From Candidatus Limnocylindrales bacterium (lineage in GTDB: Bacteria; Chloroflexota; Limnocylindria; Limnocylindrales; CSP1-4), in the NCBI GenBank assembly GCA_038211705.1, contig JBBQVJ010000001.1, positions 1-59,756 of the forward strand: a DNA stretch of 59,756 nucleotides. The letters are read 5' to 3'. The notes under the pieces are model-generated. The model was not told the origin of the DNA. It searched no databases and saw nothing but the letters and a program-made list of their open reading frames with translations. The position numbers and the translations under genes were made by a program. Positions 8,707-17,608 of the stretch are shown here, piece by piece. Position 1 is the stretch's first letter. Each line of letters starts with the position of its first letter.

Positions 8707-11700
8707 ATGTCTCGGGGTACGTCGTTCGTGAGCGTGGGGCGATCGGCCAAGGGTTTGACCCTGGTCTGGATCGCCCTATTTGTGTTCTCGCTGCTGCTGC
8801 AGTCGGTGACACTCGCCGCACCCTCGTCCGCTCTCGCGGCGAGCGGGCTCTTGGCCGATACCGTCCAGGGCTTCGAGGTCGATGGCGACCTGAAATCCGG
8901 TGACGCAGCAACGACGCCGGCCACCTGTCCAGCCGCAACATCGGGCCCTGTCTGCATCCCGGAAGCATTGGTCCACAATCCCCCGATGGCCAACGGCGAC
9001 GATTGGCTCCAAGGTGCGTCCCACAACGGTGTCGCCTCGGCCTCGGGCACGAGCACGCCGACCACGTTCCTCTATGAGGACGCGACCGACCCGGGCGACG
9101 ACAGCGCCTACGGCGGCGGCAACAAGGAAGACGACACCCGCGACTGGGTGTACGTCAACAACGCCGGCCCGAACCCCAAGACCGACTTCAAGCACATCAT
9201 GGCTCACGCGCGGCCGAACGCCGCCGGCGACAGCGCCATCGCCTACCTCGGCGCCGAGCGCATCGTCAACAACGGCACGATGGTCGTCGACTTCGAGCTC
9301 AACCAGAAGGCGTTCAAGCAGTTCTCGGTCGGTCCGGCCAAGCCGAACCGCACCAACGGCGACCTGCTCATCTCGCTCGAGTACTCCAACGGCGGCGGCA
9401 ACCCGGTCGTCACGCTGTACACGATCACGAACGTCCAGACCTTCGCCTCGGGCCAGACGAACGACTTCACCAAGGTCAGCGATGCGAAGACGATCGCCGC
9501 TGTCCATTCCGCGACGAACTTCGTCGACCTCACGAGCTCAGGCTTCGGCTATACCGTCCCTTCGTTCGACTTCGCCGAGGCCTCGGTCGATCTCAAGGCA
9601 CTTGGCATCGAGAATGCCTGCCCCGGCTTCAGCAGCGGTCACATCCGCAGCCGGACCGGCGGCAGCCCTGAGACCTCGCAGCTCAAGGACGCGGCCCCGC
9701 AGTTCCCGATCGACCTCAACAACTGCGGCAAGGTCACGATCGTCAAGAACGCCGTCCCGAACGATGCGCAGGACTTCGACTTCACGGGCGCCGGTGGCAC
9801 GCCGCTGACGGGCACTTTCTCGCTCGACAACGACGGCAACAACGGCAACACCCTGTCGAACACCAAGACCTTCAACCTGGTCCCCCCGGGCACCGACTAC
9901 CTCATGACCGAGGCCACCACGGCCGGCTGGAAGCTGACCGACATCACCTGCGACGACAACGACAGCCCGACAAGCCTGGCGAACCGCAGGGCGGCGATCC
10001 ACGTCGGGCCGAATGAGCACGTCACGTGCACGTTCACCAACACCAAGCTCGGCAAGGTCATCCTCGAGAAGCAGACCAGCCCGGACGGGGCCGCCGGCGA
10101 CTTCGTGTTCACCAGCGACCTGGCGGGCCTTGGCGCCACGCTCCAGGACAACGGCACGAGCATCGTCGAGAACGTCGAGCCCGGCGTCTATCACGCCACG
10201 GAGGCCGACCCGACCCCGCCGTTCGACCTTGGATCGATCGTCTGCGAAGACTCCAAGGGCAACGACAGCTCCGGCGACGTGCCCAGCCGGGTCGCGACCT
10301 TCCACGTGGAGGCCGGCGAGACCGTCAAGTGCACGTTCACCAACGTGAAGCGCGGCACGATCACGATCATCAAGGACGCGAACCCCAACTCCGCCCAGAA
10401 CTTCGCCTACACGACGACGGGCTCGGGGCTCTCGAACTTCACCCTCGATGACGACGCCGAACCCACGCTGTCCAACACCCAGACCTTCACCAACATCAAG
10501 CCCGGCAGCTACAGCGTCACGGAGAGTGACGTCGCGAGCTGGGAGCTGACCGGTCTGACCTGCACCGGCACCAACGGCTCGACCGGGGTCAAGAGCGGCG
10601 CGACCGCCAACATCGACCTCAAGGCCGGTGGCTCGGTCACCTGCACCTACGTCAACACCAAGGCCGGCAACATCATCGTCGACAAGATCACGGACCCGAG
10701 CGGCGATCCGGCCAGCTTCGAGTTCGATCCGTCGTGGGGCGCGAACTTCTCGCTCACCGACCAGGGCGCGCCGGTGGACTCCGGCGACCTCAAGTTCGGC
10801 AAGTACTCGGTCGCCGAGCTCGCCAAGGCGGGCTGGGACCTGACGAATGCCGAGTGCACCGGCGGTAACACGCCGGACGAGATCGACCTCCAGCCGGGTG
10901 AGACCGTCACCTGCACGTTCACGAACACCAAGCGCGGCCACATCCTGGTCGACAAGGTGACCGTTCCCGGTGGCGATCCGCAGGAATTCACGTTCACGCC
11001 GAGCTACAACGGCGGGCAGACCTTCAAGCTGACAGATGCCTCGCCCAAGAACGACTCGGGCGCGCTCGTCCACGGCACCTACTCGGTGTCCGAGGCCGGC
11101 GTCACCGACTGGAACCAGACCAGCGCCACCTGCAACGACGGGAGCCCGGTCACGGCCATCAGCCTGCAGGCCGGTGAGACCGTCACCTGTACGTTCACCA
11201 ACACCAAGCGTGGCGTGATCATCATCGACAAGCAGACACTGCCCGCTGGTGACTCGCAGCAGTTCACCTTCACGGCCAGCTACAACGGCGGGGCGACCTT
11301 CCAGCTGGCCGATGCCACTGCCCCGAACAACAGCGGTGGCCAGGACCCCGGCACCTACTCGGTGTCCGAGGGCGCGGTCGCCGGCTGGGACCTGACCAGC
11401 GCCACATGCGACGATCAGAGCCCGGTCAATGCCATCAGCTTGCAGGCCGGCGAGGTCGTCACCTGCACCTTCATCAACACCAAGCGCGGCCACATCCTGA
11501 TCGACAAGGTCACCAACCCGAGCGGCGATCTGGCTAGCTTCGAGTTCGACTCGAATTACGGTGCCAACTTCTTCCTGACCGACACCTCGGCCGCCAACGA
11601 CTCCGGCGCCATCGTGCCCGGTACCTACTCGGTCGCTGAGCTGGCCAAGACCGGCTGGGATCTGAAGAGCGCTGTGTGCTCCGACCAGAGCCCTGTCACG

Positions 11701-13998
11701 GCCATCAGCCTGCAGCCGGGCGAGACCATCACCTGCACCTTCACCAACACCAAGCGCGGCACGATCATCGTCGAGAAGCAGACCAGCCCCGATGGCGCGT
11801 CGGGCGACTTCACCTTCGCGGGTGATGCCGCCGGCTCCATCAGCGATGGCGAGCAGATCGTCGTCAACAACCTCAAGCCGGGTACCTACACCTCGACAGA
11901 GGCTGACCCGGGCGCCAACTTCGATCTCGGCGCCATCGTTTGCGACGATGCCCAGAGCCCCACGCACAGCTCCGGCGACGTTGCGACGGCCAAGGCGACC
12001 TTCAAGCTCGATCCGGGCGAGACCGTGACGTGCGTCTTCACCAACGTCCAGCGCGGGACGATCACGATCATCAAGGACGCGCAGCCTGACAGCTCGCAGG
12101 ACTTTGCCTACACGACGAGCGGATCCGGTCTGTCCGGGTTCAGCCTCGACGACGACAACGACAGCACCCTGTCCAACACCAAGGTCTTCCAGAACCTCGT
12201 CGCCGGGTCGTACCCGGTGACGGAGGGGACGGTCGCCGGCTGGGATCTGACCAGCATCACCTGCAACCCGCTCGGTGGCTCGACCGCCACGCCCAACGGC
12301 GCGACCGCCAACCTTACCCTCGCCGAGGGTGGCTCGATCACCTGCGTCTACGTCAACTCCAAGCCGTCCATCAGCATCATCAAGACGGCCGGCAACGCGG
12401 CTGACGGCACCGAGTTCGTCACAGCCCCAGGCCCGGTCACCTATCACTACCACGTCACCAACACGGGTCCCGTCAGCCTCAAGAACATCGTCGTCACGGA
12501 CGACAACGGGACCCCGGCCGACAGCGGCGACGACTTCACGGCCACGTGCCCGAAGACGACGCTGGCCGCGGGCGAGTCGATGGACTGCTCGGCGACCGTC
12601 ACGGTCAACAGCAATCGAACCAACATCGGTACGGCCAACGGCACGTCCAACGGCGGCACCGAGGTCGAGGACAGCGACGACGCCGTCGTCCGGGTCCCGA
12701 CCGTCAACATCGACAAGAGCGCCGACGATCACCTCGTCGAGCCGAACCAGGTCGTCACCTTCACGATCAACGTCGAAGTGGTGAACGGCCCGGTCCACAA
12801 CGCGATCGTCACCGACACGCTGCCCGTCGGGCAGACCTATGTGGCCGGTAGCGCCTCACCATCCGAGCCGACGGTCTCCGCCAACGGCCGGACCCTCACC
12901 TGGAACCTGGGCACGCTCAACAACGGCGATCCTGCCGTGACGATCACCTACGACGTCAAGATCGATGGCAATGCCACGACGGACCCGCAGAAGAACGTCG
13001 CCAAGATCTGCGTCTCCGACCTGCCGAACTGCGGCACCGATGACGAGACGGTGACCCCGGAGAAGCCGGGCATCGAGATCGTCAAGACCGCCGGCGATGC
13101 CGCGGACGGCGAGGTCTACACGACCGAGCCCGGCAATGTCACCTATGCCTACGTGGTCCACAACACCGGTCCGCTGCCGCTCCAGAACGTCACCGTGAAC
13201 GACGACAACGGCACACCCGTGGCGGGCGACGACTTCGCGGTCACCTGCCCGAAGACGACCCTCGCGGTCGGTGAATCGATGACCTGCACGGCGACCATCC
13301 TGGTTTCCGTCGACAAGACCAACGTGGCCACCGCTCGCGGCTTCACCGTCGAGGGCAACCCGGTCCAGGACGACGACGACGCGGTCGTCCAGATCCTGAC
13401 CCACGGCCTCGTCATCTCGAAGTCCAACAACGCACCGATCGAGACCCTGGAACTGCCGGACGGCACCACTGCCGATCTCCCGACGGCCCCGGAAGGCTCG
13501 ACCGTCACGTTCACCCTGCATTACACCTTCAGCGGCGATCCGGTCACCCACGGGGTCATCACCGACGTCCTGCCACTGGGCCTGACGTATGTGAACGGCT
13601 CCGCGACCAACAACGCTGAATTCACCTTCGTGGCCTACAGCTCGACCACCCGAACGCTGACGTGGACGGCCGCGAAGGTCATCGCCAGCGGGACGGTCAC
13701 CTACCAGGCCAAGGTCGATGTCGGAGCCGCCGCCCGACCGCAGCCGCTCGTGAACGTCGCCACCATCAGCTCGGATCAGACCCCGCCCGATGACGACAAG
13801 TCGGAAGTCTTCGTCCCGGTCATCCCGAAGGGCGAGACCAACATCCCGACACCGCCGCCGACGGACCTGGCCCCGAGCCAGCCGAGCAACCCGGGCCCCG
13901 GCATGGGCCTCCTGCTCGCGGTCCTCGGACTGCTCGTCGTGGGTGTCGGCTTCGTCACCCCGGCTCCTGCCGTCATCCGGCGCAGGAACCGCCGCTAG
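8707..13998 (+). CDS. Giant (1763 aa) cell-surface repeat protein / putative adhesin
   Basis: Signal anchor LTLVWIALFVFSLLLQSVTLAAPSSALA and an N-terminal ~340-aa domain. Nine ~95-aa prealbumin/SpaA-like repeats end in (V/I)TC(T/V)(F/Y)(T/V)N(T/V/S)K. Four DUF11-like repeats follow. C-terminal TM plus RRRNRR tail. GAGGGG RBS. Confidence 0.9.
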   Translation: MSRGTSFVSVGRSAKGLTLVWIALFVFSLLLQSVTLAAPSSALAASGLLADTVQGFEVDGDLKSGDAATTPATCPAATSGPVCIPEALVHNPPMANGDDWLQGASHNGVASASGTSTPTTFLYEDATDPGDDSAYGGGNKEDDTRDWVYVNNAGPNPKTDFKHIMAHARPNAAGDSAIAYLGAERIVNNGTMVVDFELNQKAFKQFSVGPAKPNRTNGDLLISLEYSNGGGNPVVTLYTITNVQTFASGQTNDFTKVSDAKTIAAVHSATNFVDLTSSGFGYTVPSFDFAEASVDLKALGIENACPGFSSGHIRSRTGGSPETSQLKDAAPQFPIDLNNCGKVTIVKNAVPNDAQDFDFTGAGGTPLTGTFSLDNDGNNGNTLSNTKTFNLVPPGTDYLMTEATTAGWKLTDITCDDNDSPTSLANRRAAIHVGPNEHVTCTFTNTKLGKVILEKQTSPDGAAGDFVFTSDLAGLGATLQDNGTSIVENVEPGVYHATEADPTPPFDLGSIVCEDSKGNDSSGDVPSRVATFHVEAGETVKCTFTNVKRGTITIIKDANPNSAQNFAYTTTGSGLSNFTLDDDAEPTLSNTQTFTNIKPGSYSVTESDVASWELTGLTCTGTNGSTGVKSGATANIDLKAGGSVTCTYVNTKAGNIIVDKITDPSGDPASFEFDPSWGANFSLTDQGAPVDSGDLKFGKYSVAELAKAGWDLTNAECTGGNTPDEIDLQPGETVTCTFTNTKRGHILVDKVTVPGGDPQEFTFTPSYNGGQTFKLTDASPKNDSGALVHGTYSVSEAGVTDWNQTSATCNDGSPVTAISLQAGETVTCTFTNTKRGVIIIDKQTLPAGDSQQFTFTASYNGGATFQLADATAPNNSGGQDPGTYSVSEGAVAGWDLTSATCDDQSPVNAISLQAGEVVTCTFINTKRGHILIDKVTNPSGDLASFEFDSNYGANFFLTDTSAANDSGAIVPGTYSVAELAKTGWDLKSAVCSDQSPVTAISLQPGETITCTFTNTKRGTIIVEKQTSPDGASGDFTFAGDAAGSISDGEQIVVNNLKPGTYTSTEADPGANFDLGAIVCDDAQSPTHSSGDVATAKATFKLDPGETVTCVFTNVQRGTITIIKDAQPDSSQDFAYTTSGSGLSGFSLDDDNDSTLSNTKVFQNLVAGSYPVTEGTVAGWDLTSITCNPLGGSTATPNGATANLTLAEGGSITCVYVNSKPSISIIKTAGNAADGTEFVTAPGPVTYHYHVTNTGPVSLKNIVVTDDNGTPADSGDDFTATCPKTTLAAGESMDCSATVTVNSNRTNIGTANGTSNGGTEVEDSDDAVVRVPTVNIDKSADDHLVEPNQVVTFTINVEVVNGPVHNAIVTDTLPVGQTYVAGSASPSEPTVSANGRTLTWNLGTLNNGDPAVTITYDVKIDGNATTDPQKNVAKICVSDLPNCGTDDETVTPEKPGIEIVKTAGDAADGEVYTTEPGNVTYAYVVHNTGPLPLQNVTVNDDNGTPVAGDDFAVTCPKTTLAVGESMTCTATILVSVDKTNVATARGFTVEGNPVQDDDDAVVQILTHGLVISKSNNAPIETLELPDGTTADLPTAPEGSTVTFTLHYTFSGDPVTHGVITDVLPLGLTYVNGSATNNAEFTFVAYSSTTRTLTWTAAKVIASGTVTYQAKVDVGAAARPQPLVNVATISSDQTPPDDDKSEVFVPVIPKGETNIPTPPPTDLAPSQPSNPGPGMGLLLAVLGLLVVGVGFVTPAPAVIRRRNRR
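9727..12366 (+). repeat. Array of nine tandem ~285-nt domain repeats within the adhesin gene
   Basis: Repeat types occur in the order R1, A B C D D' C' A' B'. Pairs R2/R8, R3/R9, R4/R7 and R5/R6 are most similar. Confidence 0.8.
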
Positions 13999-14123
13999 GC
14001 GCAACGCACCGGCCGGGTTTCCCTGCCTTCCCATTTCATTCGCCGCGACCCCGAGCGGCGTGCGGCCGGGGCGCTCCATCTTCGATGGGGTGCCTCGGCC
14101 ATTTTGGTATCCAGCGGCGGCGG

Positions 14124-14867
14124 CTAGCCGATGGTCGTCGCGAAGCCCGGGTCGACGAACTCCACCAGGCCCCCGAAGCGGGCCTGCACGCTGTCGAGCG
14201 TGGCGGGGCGGTCGTAGCCCATCTGGATGTGGGTGAGGAGCACGCGTCCGGCCCTGACCCGGCGGGCCAGCTCACCGACGGCCGGTCCATCAAGATGCTC
14301 GACACCGGCCACCACCGGTCCCGGCCCGAACGACACCTCGCATAGCAGCGCGTCGCCCGCGCGGACCAGGGCGTCAAGATCATCGGCGCGGCCACAGTCG
14401 CCGGAATAGACGAGGCCTGGCCCGGGGCCGGTCGAGACACGGAAGGCGAAGCTCGACGCCGTATGGGTCACCCGGGCGACCTCGATCGTGCAGGCGCCCA
14501 CCGCCATCAGGCCCAGTGCGAGGATCTCGACATCGAGCGCCTGGGCGCTGAAGCCCGGCTCGTCATGGAGCGAATCGAGGCGGGTATCAAGCCCCTCCGG
14601 ACCCACGACCCGCACCCGCCGTCTCGGTTGCCCCCAGCGAAGATAGTGGCGCAGGGCGACGAGGTCGATGAAGTGGTCCGGGTGGAGGTGACTGATCAGG
14701 ATCGCGTCGAGGGTCGCCGGGTCAAGCACGCCGGCCAATCTCGGGAACGACCCCTGGCCAAGATCCAGGAGTAGGCTCGTCCCCTCGTGACGGAGCAGGT
14801 AGGCGGCGCCCGTCGCCCCGGGCCGATCGGTGTATGCGGGCCCCGCACCGATCACATCCAGCTTCAT
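14124..14867 (-). CDS. MBL-fold metallo-hydrolase
   Basis: MKLDVIGAG..LLLDLGQG..ILISHLHPDHFIDL (HxHxDH). The remaining 5' part of ORF 14124..15653 is an Arg-rich shadow. Confidence 0.8.
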   Translation of the reverse strand: MKLDVIGAGPAYTDRPGATGAAYLLRHEGTSLLLDLGQGSFPRLAGVLDPATLDAILISHLHPDHFIDLVALRHYLRWGQPRRRVRVVGPEGLDTRLDSLHDEPGFSAQALDVEILALGLMAVGACTIEVARVTHTASSFAFRVSTGPGPGLVYSGDCGRADDLDALVRAGDALLCEVSFGPGPVVAGVEHLDGPAVGELARRVRAGRVLLTHIQMGYDRPATLDSVQARFGGLVEFVDPGFATTIG

Positions 14868-14875
14868 CCGGTGGG

Positions 14876-15892
14876 TCAGCGATCCACCGGATCCGGGGCC
14901 TGACCCGCGCCATTCCCGCCGTGGGTCTGACTCGGTCGCGGGCCGACCGGATCGTGGCCCTGTCCGGCGCCGGGCGGATCGGCCGGCGGCGGCGTCCTCT
15001 CCGGCTTGGCGGTCTTGTCGGGCTTGGCGGTCTTGTCGGGTTGGGCGGGAACGGCCCCGCCATCCTTGCCGCCACTCACCCCGCCGGCATTCGATCCGCC
15101 GCTGGCTCCGGGCATACCGGGCAGCCAGTCGTCCACGCCCTGCTTGCCCGACCCGTTCGCCTTGGTGACGTCGCCATCGATCGAGCCGCCGGCGTTCGGT
15201 CGCCGGCCCGTGGCGCCCAGTTCGCGCAGGACCGCGGCGGTCGAGGCGAGCACCTGCTCGAGCGCCGCCCGGGCCGGCGCCGGCACCTGCACGAGCAGGC
15301 CGGTCAGGAGCGCGATGTCGCGGGTCAGTCTGGCCTCGATGGCGGCCGTGGCCGTGGCATCGCCACTGGCGCCACGGGCGGCTTCGGCGGCGATCGACGT
15401 GTAGGCGGCCAGGGCGGCCTGCGTCGCCGGGCCATCGCCCGCGGTCATCGCGGCCTGGGCCTCGCTGATTCGTGCGTCGAGGCGGCTGACTTCGGCCGTG
15501 GCACGGGCGTCCACCTCGGCCGGTAGGTTCGCCATCTCGGTCCACAGGCGAGCCGTGTACAGGGGACCGCCGGGGCTGGCCGCGAACGCGGTGCCACCAA
15601 GCAGGCTGAGCGTCAGGCAACCGGCGAAGAGCGCCGCCGCGGGTCGCAGCCACACAGGCCGGGCCGGGCCCCGTCGGGCCTCGACGGACATCGTCGGGAA
15701 CGTGCCCGGCATCGTGAGGGACGCGCTGGCCGCGACGGCCGCGACGCGTCGGTTGGCGGCGTTCATCACGTTCGTTCGCATGCGGGCCGTGGCCGTCAGG
15801 CTCGGCGTCAGGCGCCGGTCGCCGTACGCCTCGAGACGTCGTTGGACTTCGCGGAAGCCCATGTCGAACGGATCGACCATCGAGTCGTCCAT
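14876..15892 (-). CDS. Membrane-anchored anti-sigma-like protein (DUF5667-like ectodomain)
   Basis: One-nt overlap (TGATG) with the upstream ECF sigma gene. Single TM LRPAAALFAGCLTLSLLGG. Ala-rich helical ectodomain and a PDKTAK repeat tail. Confidence 0.65.
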   Translation of the reverse strand: MDDSMVDPFDMGFREVQRRLEAYGDRRLTPSLTATARMRTNVMNAANRRVAAVAASASLTMPGTFPTMSVEARRGPARPVWLRPAAALFAGCLTLSLLGGTAFAASPGGPLYTARLWTEMANLPAEVDARATAEVSRLDARISEAQAAMTAGDGPATQAALAAYTSIAAEAARGASGDATATAAIEARLTRDIALLTGLLVQVPAPARAALEQVLASTAAVLRELGATGRRPNAGGSIDGDVTKANGSGKQGVDDWLPGMPGASGGSNAGGVSGGKDGGAVPAQPDKTAKPDKTAKPERTPPPADPPGAGQGHDPVGPRPSQTHGGNGAGQAPDPVDR

Positions 15893-16497
15893 CAGGTCAG
15901 CCTCGGGCGCTCGAGAGAACCCGTGGCGTTCGTCGCCCTGGGTGCCTCAAGCTCCTCGATCCCGAGCTCTCGCCGCAAGGCGGCGATGCCACGGAACTGC
16001 AATCCGCGGATGGTTCCCTCCTGCTTGCCCATCACCTCGGCCGCCTCGCGGGCGGAGAGGCCGGCGAAGAAGCGGAGGGCGATGGCGTCACGTTGGTCGT
16101 GGGTCAGGGTCGATAGGGCGACCCCGATCGCGTCGATCTCCTGGCGGGCGACGGCCAGCTCGTCCGGGCCGGCATCGGTCCCGGCCCGTTCGACCGACGT
16201 GGCGAGGTCGGCGTGCTCGTGGCTCGTCCTGACGAAATCGATGACGGCATTCCGGGCCAGGCGGAACAACCAGCCCCCCAACGGGATGCCTCTCGACTCG
16301 TACCGAGGCAGTGCCTCCAGGGCCTTGACGAAGACCAGCTGCGTCAGGTCCTCCGCGTCGCTCGGGCGGCGGACGCGGCTGGCGACGTATCGATAGACCG
16401 GGAGGTGGAAGTGGTCGAACAGCCGACCGAAGGCCTCAGCATCCCCATCCTGGGCCGATCGCACCAAACGCTCGATCGCGGCGTCGTCGAGGCTCAC
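15892..16497 (-). CDS. ECF-type RNA polymerase sigma-70 family factor
   Basis: Region 2 DAEDLTQLVFVKAL..GWLFRLARNAVIDF and region 4 LSAREAAEVMGKQEGTIRGLQFRGIAALR. Confidence 0.9.
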   Translation of the reverse strand: MSLDDAAIERLVRSAQDGDAEAFGRLFDHFHLPVYRYVASRVRRPSDAEDLTQLVFVKALEALPRYESRGIPLGGWLFRLARNAVIDFVRTSHEHADLATSVERAGTDAGPDELAVARQEIDAIGVALSTLTHDQRDAIALRFFAGLSAREAAEVMGKQEGTIRGLQFRGIAALRRELGIEELEAPRATNATGSLERPRLT

Positions 16498-16576
16498 AAC
16501 GAATGGCCGGGCATGGCGTTAGGTGCGCGCTCCATTTGCGAAGCATCGTACCCCCGGTCCACGCTGGGTACATGGG

Positions 16577-17452
16577 TCATTCGGACCCCTGACCCGCCGT
16601 ACCGGGTGTCGTTGCGGTCATCGGGACGGGCACTGGAGCGGTCGCCGGGCCGCGTCGGAAGGTCAGCTCCGTGAAGCCGGCGCCGCGCGCGATCTCGTAG
16701 CCGTCGGCGAGGGCCCAGGCCAGCTGGTCGAGGCGGTGCGCGTCGGAGCCGACCGTCAGCGCCCGCCCGCCGAGCTCGCGGAAGCGGGTCACGATGGCCG
16801 GATGGGGAAACGTCTGCGCGATCGTGTAACGCAGCCCGCTGGTGTTCACCTCGAGGGCCGTGCCGCTCTCGACCAGCGCGCAGAGGATCGGCTCGTACAG
16901 CTCGGGCGCCGCTTCGAAGTCGGAGGGCCGGACGTGCGGGAAGACGTAGCGCTTGACGCCATCGATGTGCCCGATGGCATCGAACAGCCCGGAACGGGCG
17001 GCGGCCTCGACCTCGTCGAAGGAGGGCGCGACGATCTCGGCCAGCGTGCGACCCTCGACCCAGGCTGCGACCCGGCCTGGGCTGTACTGGGAGTCGACCC
17101 GGTCGTGGACCGAGCCGATCGTGAAGTCGTAGGCGTGACGCGCCAGGTGCTCGCGGATGTCGGCCTCCCACGAGCGGTCGTAGGTCAACTCCACGCCAAA
17201 GCGGATCTGGAGTCCCTGCGGGCCCCATCGTTCAGCGGCGTCGCGGACGACCCGCTCACGATCCTCGAAGGTCGTGTAGGCGAAGGCCGGCGCCCCGGGC
17301 TCGAAGTCGACGTGGTCCGTGATCGCGATCTCGGCGATGCCCAGCTCGAGCGCCGATGCCGCGTAGGCGTCGATCGGGACCGCGCTATCGGGCGACAGGT
17401 CGGTGTGCACGTGGGCGTCGAGTGGCAGGTTGCGCGCCTGGCGATCGGTCAT
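16577..17452 (-). CDS. PHP-family histidinol-phosphatase-like hydrolase
   Basis: LDAHVHTDLSPD..ITDHVDF..GVELTY..GHIDGVKRY..GSDAH metal-binding motifs. Start taken at Met17 of the ORF. Confidence 0.8.
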   Translation of the reverse strand: MTDRQARNLPLDAHVHTDLSPDSAVPIDAYAASALELGIAEIAITDHVDFEPGAPAFAYTTFEDRERVVRDAAERWGPQGLQIRFGVELTYDRSWEADIREHLARHAYDFTIGSVHDRVDSQYSPGRVAAWVEGRTLAEIVAPSFDEVEAAARSGLFDAIGHIDGVKRYVFPHVRPSDFEAAPELYEPILCALVESGTALEVNTSGLRYTIAQTFPHPAIVTRFRELGGRALTVGSDAHRLDQLAWALADGYEIARGAGFTELTFRRGPATAPVPVPMTATTPGTAGQGSE

Positions 17453-17503
17453 CGCCGCTCCGCCGCGACGCCCGCGGCCCGCGCGCCCAGCCAAACCCAC
17501 CCG

Positions 17504-17572
17504 TCATGCCGTTTATAGGCATCAACGGCCGACCCCGCCAGACCGTACCCCTGATGCCGTCCATGGGCATCA
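17504..17572. promoter_or_regulatory. Two copies of a 21-bp palindrome T(C/G)ATGCC-N7-GGCATCA upstream of the PHP hydrolase gene
   Basis: TCATGCCGTTTATAGGCATCA at 17504-17524 and TGATGCCGTCCATGGGCATCA at 17552-17572. A third GCATCAA half-site lies at 17606-17612. Confidence 0.4.
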
Positions 17573-17608
17573 ATCAAAGCGACGTGCCCGACCGGGCCAA
17601 ATCAAGCA

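Noticed and set aside
9538-12798. 1086-aa ORF antisense to the adhesin repeat region
   Set aside because: Its composition is Arg/Gly/Asp/Val-rich low complexity, mirroring the codon pattern of the sense repeats. The sense strand has clear domain repeats, a signal peptide and an RBS. This is a typical high-GC shadow ORF.
13999-14123. Terminator between the convergent adhesin and MBL genes
   Set aside because: Only weak, interrupted stems (CCCCG..CGGGG) without U-tracts are present, so it cannot be supported.
14868-15653. 5' extension of the MBL hydrolase ORF (overlapping the anti-sigma gene in another frame)
   Set aside because: It is an Arg-rich repetitive translation (RQDRQARQDRQ). The MBL domain begins at the internal Met at 14867, and the anti-sigma frame has a TM and sensible composition.
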